From assembly GCF_001194135.2 (NCBI RefSeq), contig NC_069010.1, positions 9,051,863 to 9,115,862 on the forward strand: a stretch of 64,000 nt of DNA, written 5' to 3'. Of the stretch, positions 24,949 to 36,696 are shown in pieces. A model generated the notes under the pieces. That model saw only the letters and a program-made list of their open reading frames with translations. It had not been told where the DNA came from and did not search any database. The stretch comes from Octopus bimaculoides (lineage: Eukaryota). Each line of letters starts with the position of its first letter. Positions within the stretch are counted from its first letter, which is position 1. The position numbers and the translations under genes were made by a program.

Positions 24949-26088
24949 CTGAAACAACAAAAAAACATAGCAATATATATATCTATATATATACACCAAT
25001 GTGTATTTGTGTGTATATGTGGATGTGTATGTATGTAAGCATGTGTAGATGTGGGATGTATAGACTCATGTGTGTGTGTGTGTGAAAACTATAGAGACAG
25101 GGCTTAGTTATTTCTTCACAGATTGAAAAAAGCAATTGACCGACCCCAGAGAAACAAGCAGCCAATCTGTCGATATAGACCACAAATCCAGCATCTACAG
25201 AGAATTGGAGATACTAATTTGCACACCATAAGTGTTAACACTTTATTCAGTATCCTGGGTCTGTCAACAAGGATCTCTGCCCACACAGTACCAAGTTATG
25301 TACGTCTGTAGGTCACAAACCTCATTTGCACAAAATCAATGTCGATGCCCCAAATGGATCAGACAGAGCCTGTCACCCAAGGAGGGTTTGCCCTTCTTCC
25401 TTGTGATCTTTGGACACAAAGAACTGCCATCATCACATCAGCATCAGATGTATATATATGTCCACTTCTGGGTTTCATTATTTGAATTGAAAACATCATC
25501 ATCATCATCAACCCCTTGTGGCTGTTGTTTAAGATCAGTTTCCTCAGCACCACAAGATCTGCCCGTCACAGATCAGCCTGGTCAGCCACACACCCTCTGC
25601 TGCCATGGGAAATTATGTGCTACAGGTAGAACAGGATGAATGTCTTGCATCAACGCCGTCATCATTTCTGATGGGCCGTCATAAGCAATGTGTACCTGTA
25701 GGTGAGGATATGATGGTTCCGGGTTTAGTCCCACCGTGTGGTGCTTTGGGCAAATGTCTTCTACTATAGATTCGGGTTGACCAAAGACTTGTGAGTGGAT
25801 TTGGTAGACGGAAACTGAGAGAAGCCCAATGTGTATGTGTGTGTGTACATTTGTCCACCACCACTTGGCAACCAGTGTTGGTGTGTTAATGTCCCTGTAA
25901 CTTAGCAGTTCAGCAAAAGAAACAGATAGAATGAGTACCAGGCTTAAATAAATAAATAAAAATAAAAAAAGTACTCGAGGCAATTCATTCGACTGAAAAT
26001 TCTTCAAGGCAGAGCCCCAGCATGGCCACAGTCTAAAGACTGAAACAATTAAAAGACGAAAGAGAAATTTGTGTGCGTGAGTACATAC

Positions 26089-26161
26089 CTCTGTTTGCAG
26101 CCTCTCGATTTCCTCCCGGAGTTGTTGAATTTCTTTGTGGAGTTGCTCTATTATCATATCT
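26089..26161 (-). CDS. HIP1: HIP1 exon 13: DMIIEQLHKEIQQLREEIERLQTE
   Basis: tgcag|A...GAG|GTATGT, 73 nt; start of the coiled coil. Confidence 0.92.
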
Positions 26162-27068
26162 CTGCAACAGACAGCAATTTAACTATTATCTCTGCAACCA
26201 TGCAGAACATGGCCCTTCCCCAAAACCCACCTGGAACCTTTATTGCCCACTCACCCCTGCCACAACCATCACCTTAATGTCAACCCCCCCCCCCCATTCT
26301 AGACTGGAGAAATGAATACTTCCAGCCCCACCCAACCCCTCCACCACAGACACCACCTCACCAATAAATCAACTGCATTACAAAGCTAACAAAAGAGACT
26401 GCCAGAAATAGCAGGCAAATCTCCCTCAAATCACACCATAACGCCTTATCTATGCATGCATGAGCCAATGAGAGAGGCCTCTACATGTTAGCTAGACTTG
26501 GCAGAAACAGCAGTCAAATCTACCCTCAAATCACATTGTGTTCTCCAACATTTCAAAAATAAACAGATGCACCTCACTGAACAGTTTTCTCTGTCCAGAC
26601 ACTCTTCATTGGTACAATATCCAAAATAGTTAAATCATTAAAAACTGCAAGTGTCATGTCTACTAACGACGAGATTAAGCATTAAAAAAAGAAAACCATC
26701 AAATAAAATTATTTTGATTCAAGTAACAAATTTTGCAAAAATGATGGTATTTATCTACTTTTGAGATGCCTGTGTGTGTGTGTGTGTGTCTACACACACA
26801 CACTAATACGAAACTAAGAATAAGTACTCAACACTGTCATCATCATCATCGTCGTTTAACGTCTGCTTTCCATGCTAGCATGGGTTGGACGATTTGACTG
26901 AGGACTGGTGAACCAGATGGCTACACCAGGCTCCAATCTGATCTGGCAGAGTTTCTACAGCTGGATGCCCTTCCTAACGCCAACCACTCCCATTGGTTGC
27001 CTTGTTAACCAACAAATACAAAATATATACACACGCACCTATGTGTATACACAAATGCGTGTACATAC

Positions 27069-27154
27069 CTTTCATCAATCTGTGGTTGTCCATTGAAATT
27101 AAAACTATCCATACTGCCTTCACCAAAAGTTTCATCAAATTTGTCTGTTTCTTG
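27069..27154 (-). CDS. HIP1: HIP1 exon 12 (exon 11 presumed in gap): QETDKFDETFGEGSMDSFNFNGQPQIDE(R)
   Basis: ttccag|CAA...AG|GTATGT, 86 nt; aligns by eye to the human FDDIFG…DPFNFN…DEKD linker. Confidence 0.88.
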
Positions 27155-27663
27155 CTGGAAAATGAAAGAAAAGATCATTAAACTAATTGCTTAGAGGCGA
27201 GGGGAGGGAGGAGAGAGAGAAAAAGAAGGAAAAAGGGGGGACAGAGAGAGAGAGAGATTTGCTGCTGTTTATAAAGAGAAAACCTGGGGTCAGTGGGACC
27301 GTTTTGTATTTAAGGGTAGCATCATTTTGGCGTCACATCTGTTTCCCACTCTTTGTTGAAACCCAACACTGCCAACCACTCTTTTGCTCATGTAATCTTA
27401 CTCATCGCTTTCTGGGAGGGAAAAAAGATCATCTTTATTCTTATCATCATCATCATCATCAAGGCCGTGAGCTGAACGAAATGCTTGGCTACATTTTATT
27501 TTTACAGAGTTCAAATTCCACCAAAGTCTATCAGGAGGACTACTTTATGCTCACATATATTAAACACTAAATATACAAGCTTTCCCCTTCCCTTTCTTCC
27601 CATCTTTTTTATGTAACCCCACCACAATTTGGGGCATCATATGTACCCCTCATCTGATGTCCC

Positions 27664-28326
27664 NNNNNNNNNNNNNNNNNNNNNNNNNNNNNNNNNNNNN
27701 NNNNNNNNNNNNNNNNNNNNNNNNNNNNNNNNNNNNNNNNNNNNNNNNNNNNNNNNNNNNNNNNNNNNNNNNNNNNNNNNNNNNNNNNNNNNNNNNNNNN
27801 NNNNNNNNNNNNNNNNNNNNNNNNNNNNNNNNNNNNNNNNNNNNNNNNNNNNNNNNNNNNNNNNNNNNNNNNNNNNNNNNNNNNNNNNNNNNNNNNNNNN
27901 NNNNNNNNNNNNNNNNNNNNNNNNNNNNNNNNNNNNNNNNNNNNNNNNNNNNNNNNNNNNNNNNNNNNNNNNNNNNNNNNNNNNNNNNNNNNNNNNNNNN
28001 NNNNNNNNNNNNNNNNNNNNNNNNNNNNNNNNNNNNNNNNNNNNNNNNNNNNNNNNNNNNNNNNNNNNNNNNNNNNNNNNNNNNNNNNNNNNNNNNNNNN
28101 NNNNNNNNNNNNNNNNNNNNNNNNNNNNNNNNNNNNNNNNNNNNNNNNNNNNNNNNNNNNNNNNNNNNNNNNNNNNNNNNNNNNNNNNNNNNNNNNNNNN
28201 NNNNNNNNNNNNNNNNNNNNNNNNNNNNNNNNNNNNNNNNNNNNNNNNNNNNNNNNNNNNNNNNNNNNNNNNNNNNNNNNNNNNNNNNNNNNNNNNNNNN
28301 NNNNNNNNNNNNNNNNNNNNNNNNNN
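27664..28326. other. Assembly gap probably containing HIP1 exon 11
   Basis: The flanking exons end and start in phase 0, but the conserved NPPNFL-type segment is absent from all readable sequence between them. Confidence 0.65.
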
Positions 28327-28522
28327 TATATATATATATGTATATATATATACACATCCCTGTAACTCTGACAAAAAGGATAGCAATGAAATAAGTACCA
28401 GATTTGAAAAAGCACAGGGGTCAATTTGTATGACTAGAACTGTTGAAGGCACTGCCCCAGCATGGCCGCAGCCCAATGACTGAAACAAATGGCAGACAAA
28501 AAATCAAGATTGAGATCCTTAC

Positions 28523-28598
28523 ATCTGGTAGAAGAGGGACTTGAACCAAGTTCTTGAAATACTGCAGGGTCCCACTTTGGTGATAAAACTGTTTCAAA
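28523..28598 (-). CDS. HIP1: HIP1 exon 10: LKQFYHQSGTLQYFKNLVQVPLLPD
   Basis: tccag|T...GAT|GTAAGG, 76 nt; LQYFKxLxQ(V/I)PxLP motif. Confidence 0.95.
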
Positions 28599-29221
28599 CT
28601 GGAAAACAACAAAGAAATCAGAAAAGAGAAGCAATTTAACAACATTATTATTATTATTATTATTATGTTCTGAGTTCAAATTCCACTGAGGTCAATTCTG
28701 CCTTTCACCCTTTCGGGGTCGATGAATTAAGTACCAGTTAAGTACTGGGGTCCATGTAATTGACTAGCTCCCTCCCCCAATTTTCAGGCCTTCTGCCTAT
28801 GGTAAAAAGGATTATTATTATTATTATCATCCTCATCGTTATCCTAATTATTCAGGACAGCATCGTTAGCAGCATTTTGTCCATCTTTACGACTTGACTT
28901 CAAATTCTGCTGAGGTCGACTTTGCCTTTCATCGTTTTGGGGGTCGATAAATTAAGTACCAGTTATGCATTGGGGGTCAATGTAATTGACTTATCTCCTT
29001 GTAGAAAGGATTATTATTATTATTATTATGGTTAAGGTTGGACTAAATGTCAGACATGAGGTCCTCTTTGCCTTTCACCCCCTCCTGGGACTGATACTAA
29101 ATAGCAGTTGTTTAACCCCAGGTCAGTCCTGATCCAGTTGGCCAATGATCAAACTTATCCCAGTCATGCATTACACTTTAGATACACCCCCCCCCCCAAC
29201 TCATCTGTGTAAGTGTAAGAC

Positions 29222-29565
29222 TTAGAGTGAGTGTGAGTGAGCATGCATGAGTGCAAGGGGGATCATGTGTAGTGTGTGTGAGTGCGAGCGAAAGTATGTG
29301 TAGTGTGTGTTGAGTGCGAGTGAAAGGGTATATAGTGAACGTGAGTGAGAGCTTGTGTTGAGAGCAAGTGAGAGCATGTATAGTATGTGTGAGTGAGAAT
29401 GGGTTGAGTGTGAGTGGGGTAAAGTAAGTGAGAGTGACTTAGAGCATGCATGAGTGCTAGGGGGAGACTGTGTAAGTGAAAGCACATGTGAGTGTGAGTT
29501 AAAAAGCTTTTGTGAGCACAAATATGAGTGAGAGTGTGCATGAGTGTGAGTACAAGCTGAGTGTA
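29222..29565. repeat. Degenerate GTGAGT/GCATGCATGAGTG low-complexity repeat
   Basis: Recurrent GAGCATGCATGAGTG and GTGAGTG blocks. Confidence 0.75.
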
Positions 29566-29584
29566 AGTGAAAGCGTGTACTTAC

Positions 29585-29642
29585 TGCCTGTATCCCGCAA
29601 GGAATCGATCTCTATGTCCAGAAAGTGTATCTGGCGGTAGAC
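29585..29642 (-). CDS. HIP1: HIP1 exon 9: (S)LPPDTLSGHRDRFLAGYR(H)
   Basis: cgcag|GT...CA|GTAAGT, 58 nt; LPxDTLxGHRxRF motif. Confidence 0.95.
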
Positions 29643-31244
29643 CTGCGGGGGAGGAGACAGGAACAGCAATGCATCATGGGAAAAATCACAATAACAAGCA
29701 TAAATACAACAATTATCAGCCCCCTTCCTACCCTGACCATCACCACCAAACAGTAGCCTTAATGTCTGTCAGCGTAACAGCAAGAAATAGCAGCCACAAT
29801 TCTGACCTAACGAAGGATAGAGTGAGTAGTGTGAAAATGAATCTGCCAAAAGACTAAAAGGTGGATGGTCATGGCTGGAAAAACCTTTGACCATTGCTAG
29901 AAATGTTTTGCAATATAGCTATGGCCCTTTGTTCTTCAGGGGTCAGCAAGGGAGGAAGGTCGAAATAATTACTAGCTTCTTTACCTCAAATTGAACACCT
30001 TTCACCTCGTTTGCAAATAACAATTATTATTATTATTACAGAATCGTTAGCACGCTGGGCAGAATTTTGTCTGCTTTTTTCATGCTCTGAGTTCAATTCC
30101 CGCTGACGTCAACTTTGCCTTTCATCCTTTAGGAGTCAATGAAATAAGTACCAGTTATGCACTGGGGTCAATGTAATTGACTTACTCCCTCCCCCAAACT
30201 TGCTGGCTTTGTGCCAAAATTTGAAACTATTATTATTATTGTTGTTCTTGTGATGAGCTGGCAGACTTATTAGCAAACCAAACCAAATGCTTAGCAGCAT
30301 TTCTTCTAGTTTTACAAAGGTCAACCAACCTTTCATCCCTCTGAGGTCAATAAAATAAGGGACCTGTCAAGTTTCAGGGTTGAGAGGATCAACTACCTTC
30401 CTGCTTCTAAAATTGCTGACCTTCTGCCAAAGTTAGAGTAATTAGTGTTATTATTATTGTTGTTATTATTATTAATATTATTAAAGTGGCAAGCTGTTAG
30501 AGACATTAGCATGTTGGACAAAATATTTGGCAGCAATTCTTCTGACACATTACGTTTTGAGTTCAAATTCCGCTGAGGTCAAATTTGCCTTTCATCCTTT
30601 TGGGCTCTCCCCTAAATCTGCTGGCCCCGAGCCAAAATTTGAAACCAATCTTATCATTATGATTACATAATCAGAAGTGTGTGTGTGTGTGTGTGTCTTT
30701 CTTCTTCAAGAAAGACACACACACTTCCACCATATTGTTCAATAAACACACTCTTCTTCTTTTTGCGTATTTGCTTTGATGTAGAGTTCTGACAGTTTCC
30801 ATAAATCGTCACTGAACTACAACTACCCATTGTCCACAGCGGTCATGGGTGAACCTCAAGTTATTTCTAGAAAGGAATCTGAAGGACACACGTAAGCATG
30901 CAGCTGCTGTCTCAGTTGCTAAGCAACTGTCCATCGATGAGGACGGGAATGAATATTCGTCAATTTTTGCCCTGAAGAAAGTTTTACTTTTTAAATACAA
31001 AATGCAATGTTGACTGCAAAATATGAATGAAGTTAAGAAATTGACTTTTATATAAATAAATTGATCTTTCTGTGTTCAAACTCTCCATTTTCTTATTAAA
31101 ATTCTGTTCTCTTATATTGAATGGATGAAAACGGAATTTCATAAGTATTAACACTAATTAATGAAATCCAAGTTTATTAATCAATATGTACACTTGGATA
31201 AAATACATCCCTGTGAAGGGGTAATCTCTTTCCATTCAAAACTT

Positions 31245-31289
<45 letters not shown>

Positions 31290-31513
31290 GTGTGTATGAG
31301 AGTATATACATATATATGTGTGCATGTGTGTGTGTATATATAGGATTATATATACATGTATATGTGTGTGTGTGTGTGTGTGTATGCATGTACATATGTC
31401 TATATATGTGTGTGTGTGTATGTATATACACACACATATGCAATTTAATACATGAGTAAAAATCAAAGGAAAATCTTTGCAATGAAGAAACTGGAGTTGT
31501 TACTCATACTTAC

Positions 31514-31654
31514 TTGAGTGAAGCTTGAAGAGTGACTTCACCAAATAGTCATAGAGCTGGCATGAGTCAAGTATACAGGGTATGAGTGGAGCGAGTCGAC
31601 ACTGGCCTGAGTTGGTCATAGAGTTTGACCGAGACATGTCTAGTGAGCCAAATA
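31514..31654 (-). CDS. HIP1: HIP1 exon 8: FGSLDMSRSNSMTNSGQCRLAPLIPCILDSCQLYDYLVKSLFKLHS
   Basis: ctgcag|TA...TCA A|GTAAGT, 141 nt; highly conserved HIP1/Sla2 block. Confidence 0.96.
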
Positions 31655-31659
31655 CTGCA

Positions 31660-31700
<41 letters not shown>

Positions 31701-31934
31701 ATAGAAAGCAATGTCTTTAAATAGAAATGGAAGCCCTGCAAGAAATAGGCATTAAACCTCCCTCACATCCCACCATGAAACATTTCTAATAGTAGACCAG
31801 TCAAAGGAGTCCCGTGACAGTCTGGTGTCACATCCACGGAAAACAGGAATCCACAGAATCCAGCCGACAGCACAGGAAAGACCTTTCATCCTTTATGATA
31901 TACATACATGATTTGTGCACACATAACATACATA

Positions 31935-32129
31935 TATATATTGACCGTTGACTGAACACTATTCAATTCTTTTTCGCCGTGTTTTTCTCCTTGTCTCCGT
32001 ATTCTTTCTGTTGAAGAGCGTAGCTCGAAACGTCAAAGACTTTCCGTATTCCCGAGCGTCATACTAATATATCCTTTTGTTATTTACACCACCTGTCCTC
32101 GTCTGTTGTTGTTATTTGTATATTCTCCC
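31935..32129 (+). mobile_element. Penelope-like element terminal repeat with a hammerhead-like motif
   Basis: CTGTTGAAGAGCGTAGCTCGAAACGTC resembles the PLE-type CTGATGAAG…CGAAACGTC signature; a near-identical inverted copy lies at 668-784. Confidence 0.65.
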
Positions 32130-32138
32130 ATATATATG

Positions 32139-32172
<34 letters not shown>

Positions 32173-32228
32173 TATATACACATATATATATACATATATA
32201 TATATACATACATACATATTTATATATG

Positions 32229-32262
<34 letters not shown>

Positions 32263-32318
32263 TATATACACATATATATATACATATATATATATACATA
32301 CATACATATTTATATATG

Positions 32319-32361
<43 letters not shown>

Positions 32362-33128
32362 ATATAAAAGTGAGTTTGGAAGAATATATTATCTGAGCAG
32401 ATATTGTATTTGCTCTCAGTGAAGTTCCAGTTAATGGCTAACCCCAACAATCAGTGTCTAACGTCTGTGGCTAGAATTACTTGTTATTCGCTCCGTGAAT
32501 TCTTCCAATGGGTTTTTTTTACTCTACCCTTTGATGAATGGTAAAAATTGTCTACAACAATGAGTGGTCGTTGCAGCAGAAACCTGTGTAGGTCATTAAA
32601 ATATGCTGCATATAATAGATATTTGGTGGATGCACAAGTCTCCAAGCTCTCCATTATTATGAATATATGTGTGTGTGTCACCTTGGTGTGTAGTGGTAGC
32701 CCTGCCTGTCAAGTGGGAGACTGAAGTTCAATTCCTCACTAGGGAAGCGAGTACACACTTTTTAATGTACAGGCATGGTTGTGTGCTAAGAAGCATCTCT
32801 TGAACCACATAGTTTTGGGTTCAATCCCACTGCACAGTATCCAATACACAATGCCAAGTAGCTGGCATTTAGAAAGACATCCAGTCATAGAAACCATTCC
32901 TAGTTAGATATTGGAGCCAGATGCAGTTACTGTCAAGAATATTCTCATTTAAGAATAATAAGTTTGTACTTTACAAAAACATAGAATAACCCTTCAGATT
33001 AATGTAAAATCTTTTTATCACAATTGAATATAAAAACAAACACACATGCATACGTGTGTGTGTGTGTGTTTGTGAGATAAAGAAAACAGACAAGATTCAG
33101 TGACTGCCCTGCCATTCCAGCTACGTAC

Positions 33129-33190
33129 CTGCTTCCTGCAACACAAGGATCTCATCCAGGTAGTCAAGCATGTCACATGACACTTCAAAA
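33129..33190 (-). CDS. HIP1: HIP1 exon 7: FEVSCDMLDYLDEILVLQEA(V)
   Basis: tgcag|T...GCA G|GTACGT, 62 nt. Confidence 0.93.
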
Positions 33191-33338
33191 CTGCAATGAA
33201 ACAGAAACGAGTCAAAAGGCAATTGATGGGAGGTCGTTTGGTAAATCAACATTTCACACACAAACACATACACTCATATATACATGTATATACATATATA
33301 TATACACACACACACACACACGCATATGCATACACACA

Positions 33339-33382
<44 letters not shown>

Positions 33383-33453
33383 CATACATAGACACACATT
33401 CATATATATACACANNNNNNNNNNATATATACATACATACATAGACACACATT

Positions 33454-33493
<40 letters not shown>

Positions 33494-33944
33494 CACACAT
33501 ACATACATATATATACTAGCTTAAACTCGACCAATATTTTTCAAGCAATGAACAATTTTCATCGAAACAATGATATAATTTGTCGACTTGGACCTCCATG
33601 CAAAGCTGCATTATAAACAACATGGCCACCACCATGGCCACCACATCTGCCATACACACACCATTCAGCCTTTTTGTGATAGTAATAGCATGAGCTGTAG
33701 TTGTGATAGAGGTGGAGGTGGCGTTGATGATGGTGGTGGTAGAGGTGGTGATAGCCGAGGCGGTCAGGGGTGACGGTGAAAGTAAGTGATGTTTACTGTA
33801 CCTTAACGAGCACCTTCCCAGAAATTTAGGTGAGAAATGCTGTCCCTAAAAGTGTGCTAAGTGTCAAGAATCTCTACCAGGGTTGGTCCCTGTCACTCGA
33901 AGACACAACAATGGTGTTAAGCTAAGATTCCTGCCACCCTATTC

Positions 33945-34096
33945 GAAGAGGGGCCTTGCAAGTCTACCAAACAGCTGGAAGAGCATTGCAGAAAATGAAG
34001 GAGATTATATTTTAGATTAAAAAAGAACTTTGTTTATCTTAATTTTGAAAATAAAACAAGTATTAAAAAAAACGTGTTATTTATGGGATGACCCAA
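33945..34096 (+). mobile_element. 3' end fragment of the same mariner family
   Basis: GGGCCTTGCAAGTCTACCA…GGAAGAGCATTGCAG is shared with 38185-38225; ends in the right TIR (…TTATTTATGGGATGACCCAA). Confidence 0.75.
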
Positions 34097-34233
34097 CACA
34101 CACGAGGTGATTTAGAAAGTAATGTAATTTCTATCGCACTACTTTTTGACTCAGCCATGTAAACACAAGGGTTGACTCACCCTCGTTAACAAGGGCTAAG
34201 TCAACAAGTTACTAATTAGTCGTTTACACTTAC

Positions 34234-34310
34234 TAGTTATTTACATCAGCTCCAAAAATCTTATTGAATTGTTCGTCTGTCATGGTCAAGCTTCCAGGAA
34301 TTCTAGGATT
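34234..34310 (-). CDS. HIP1: HIP1 exon 6: NPRIPGSLTMTDEQFNKIFGADVNN(Y)
   Basis: ttcag|AAT...TA|GTAAGT, 77 nt. Confidence 0.94.
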
Positions 34311-35006
34311 CTGAAGAATACAAGAGACGGAGTGAAATTGGCGCTAATGTTTCGAAGATCTGATCGAAAAATATTGGGACTGTTTCTATGGTAACAGAGC
34401 TAAAGTATGTAGAGTGAAGTCACTTGGCACAGGTTGACTGCATGCTCATCGAATTATAACATTCTCACTCCCTTCCATGGTTTATAGCAATGCTTGGAAG
34501 TAAAGTGTGTAGCGTGTGGTCGCTTCAAAAGGAAGATTGGGTTTCAGTTGTGTGCGATCTCTTTGTGTTGAGGAAGATGCAAACATTCTGAAAAACGGTC
34601 ATGACGGGTGACAAGTGATGGGTTTAAGGCTACAATCCTTAAACCAAGGCTTGCTCTTCAAAGTGGAAGACCCCAACAAGATTTCAAGAGAATGCAATAA
34701 GGCAGCTGCTCGCTGTGCCAAGAGCAGAGTTGCTGGAGTGTTTCTGTCAATGGAAATGATCCTGGATAAAGCGTTTGGCTTCGAAGGAGATTAAATGCCA
34801 AATTGAGATGTTTGGTAGTTTTCTTTGTATGGCACCAGTCCGGATACTTTTTGATCAGAGCTTTTATAAGAAAAGGAACAACAAATAATTCTATGAGCAA
34901 TGAGAGAGACAGACAGACAGACAGACAATAGATAAACAGAGAGGTTAAGTGTTGACATAATAGGGATACAGATAAATAAAAAGGAGAGGAGGTAAGGGTT
35001 AGATAC

Positions 35007-35087
35007 CTTTTTGTGGAAAGAGAGTTTCTGAATTAGAAGCTTCGTATACGCAGCTATCAGCCGTCCGTATCCATCCTTTAGGTGACC
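35007..35087 (-). CDS. HIP1: HIP1 exon 5: GHLKDGYGRLIAAYTKLLIQKLSFHKK
   Basis: ccag|GGT...AAG|GTATCT, 81 nt. Confidence 0.94.
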
Positions 35088-35383
35088 CTGGAGGAGAGTC
35101 AAGGAACAAAACATAGAATCAAATACATCATCATTTGAATGTCTGCTTTACCATGCTGGCATGAGTTGAACGAGAAATAAAAGAGCGGGCAGCAGTCAGA
35201 CTGGGTGCCCTTGCTGTCGCTAAACCTTAACCCCATGTCTTTCATTCACTGGAACTGACACAAAAATCACTGGGTTACAGGGGACAAGTTGAATGTCACT
35301 GCTGTTCAAGTGGGGACAATGTCGACACGTATGGTTCTCTGCAGAGAATATGTATGAGTGGCTGGATATAAGGATATGGGTTA

Positions 35384-35434
<51 letters not shown>

Positions 35435-35828
35435 AGGGAAGAGGATTTGAAAGTGCAGAGGTCTTTTAAAGATGCCTGACTTGACCAGTTTCAATTTTTA
35501 AAAAAAAGATTTGTGTAGCCTTTGTGGTATTAAAGATTAATTAACAAAGAAGATGGATTGAAATCCAGTGATAAAGTGTTTGACGATGAAAAGTTAAATG
35601 AAAAGTAGAGGCTTTGTGCTTCAATAGTTTACATAAAGGGGTTCAAAACAGGCAGCAAAATAAGATCGTAATTGTTTGTAAGTTCATCAGAAATCATAAT
35701 TGATAGAATTTGGTAGGAGAAAGTGTGTATTGCTTTGTCAAAAGTTCATCATAAATCACACACACACACACACAAGTGAGTGATCATAATTGAGTGATCA
35801 TGATTAAGCAAATGGTTATGATTACGAC

Positions 35829-35990
35829 ATGACCATTGAAGTCAACAGCCACAAAGAGAAGGTCCCTGTCACTTGTCGACGAGGTAGTTTGCAAGAGGGT
35901 GTCATGGAATTGGTCTTTCAGCCCATCCGGTAACCCCAGTTGAGGAGCTTGGGCTAAGATGACAGTAGCTAGTCTAATCTTAAGTACACT
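35829..35990 (-). mobile_element. RTE-type LINE AP-endonuclease fragment
   Basis: AQAPQLGLPDGLKDQFHDTLLQ…DLLFVAVDFNGHV resembles the YAPQ…GDFNGHVG endonuclease motifs. Confidence 0.75.
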
Positions 35991-36552
35991 GCAAAGGTAA
36001 ATCCCCAAACTTTCTAAGCTGTTCTTACGGCTTTACTGTGTTCAAAATTTACTTTTGTTTGCAATATAGAAGACATTTTTTTTCACAATGAGATAAAAAA
36101 AAAAAACCAAGGCTGTCAAGATTTTAGAACATTTATAAATAAAAGGTTTCCAGGATATTTATTATATCCCTCCATTGGAGACTGTGTGAGAAAATGGTGA
36201 AGCAATAGTTTATTTAGATGAGAACAAAATATATATACACACACACACACACATATATATACCCACATGCATATATGTACAGATAATAATCATTTCATTA
36301 TTTTTATTGTGTCTGTGTATTAGAGAGTTATTTGGCAGCTATTTCTAGCTTGCCAATTGATCAGTTAGCAGCCCCGCTGTTGGTGCCAACAAGATTGTCT
36401 GTGTGTCCTTTCCAGCTGGATCTAATCACAACCCCATACCCCAACTCCTGCCCAACCACCATCATTACAGTTTTATCAGCAGGAACCAGTGTGTACCAGT
36501 GAACTAACACCGTAGACACACACACACACATACATACAAACAGAAATAAACA

Positions 36553-36637
<85 letters not shown>

Positions 36638-36696
36638 TTTGCGGAGATGTACTTGCATAGCAAGTGACCTGATCTGAGATCGTGTGCTGGAATGAA

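Larger units (their letters stand above)
28665..30650 (+). mobile_element. Cluster of tRNA-derived SINE family B copies (…GTTCTGAGTTCAAATTCC…TTTGCCTTTCATCC…GTAGAAAGG(ATT)n). Other copies near 4055, 5440, 44850, 45195, 60885, 61610 and 61780
   Basis: B box GTTCAAATTCC, shared body and (ATT)n tail; HIP1 exon 9 lies inside this interval. Confidence 0.8.

Noticed and set aside
27600-27663. GTSDEG reading at the gap edge, considered as the 3' end of the missing exon 11
   Set aside because: The only nearby GT donor gives phase 1 or 2 in the open frames, whereas exon 12 needs phase 0.
30800-31010. Short open frames on both strands (WVNLKLFLERNLKD… on +; RAKIDEYSF… on -), considered as an extra HIP1 exon or a transposase relic
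   Set aside because: Exons 8 and 9 already join in phase with the expected sequence, there is no good donor, and no diagnostic motif is present.
32077-32396. YIYI/CVCV-type ORFs here and throughout the track (for example 31177, 33177, 36476, 44075, 45421)
   Set aside because: Translations of (AT)n, (CA)n and (TACA)n microsatellites.
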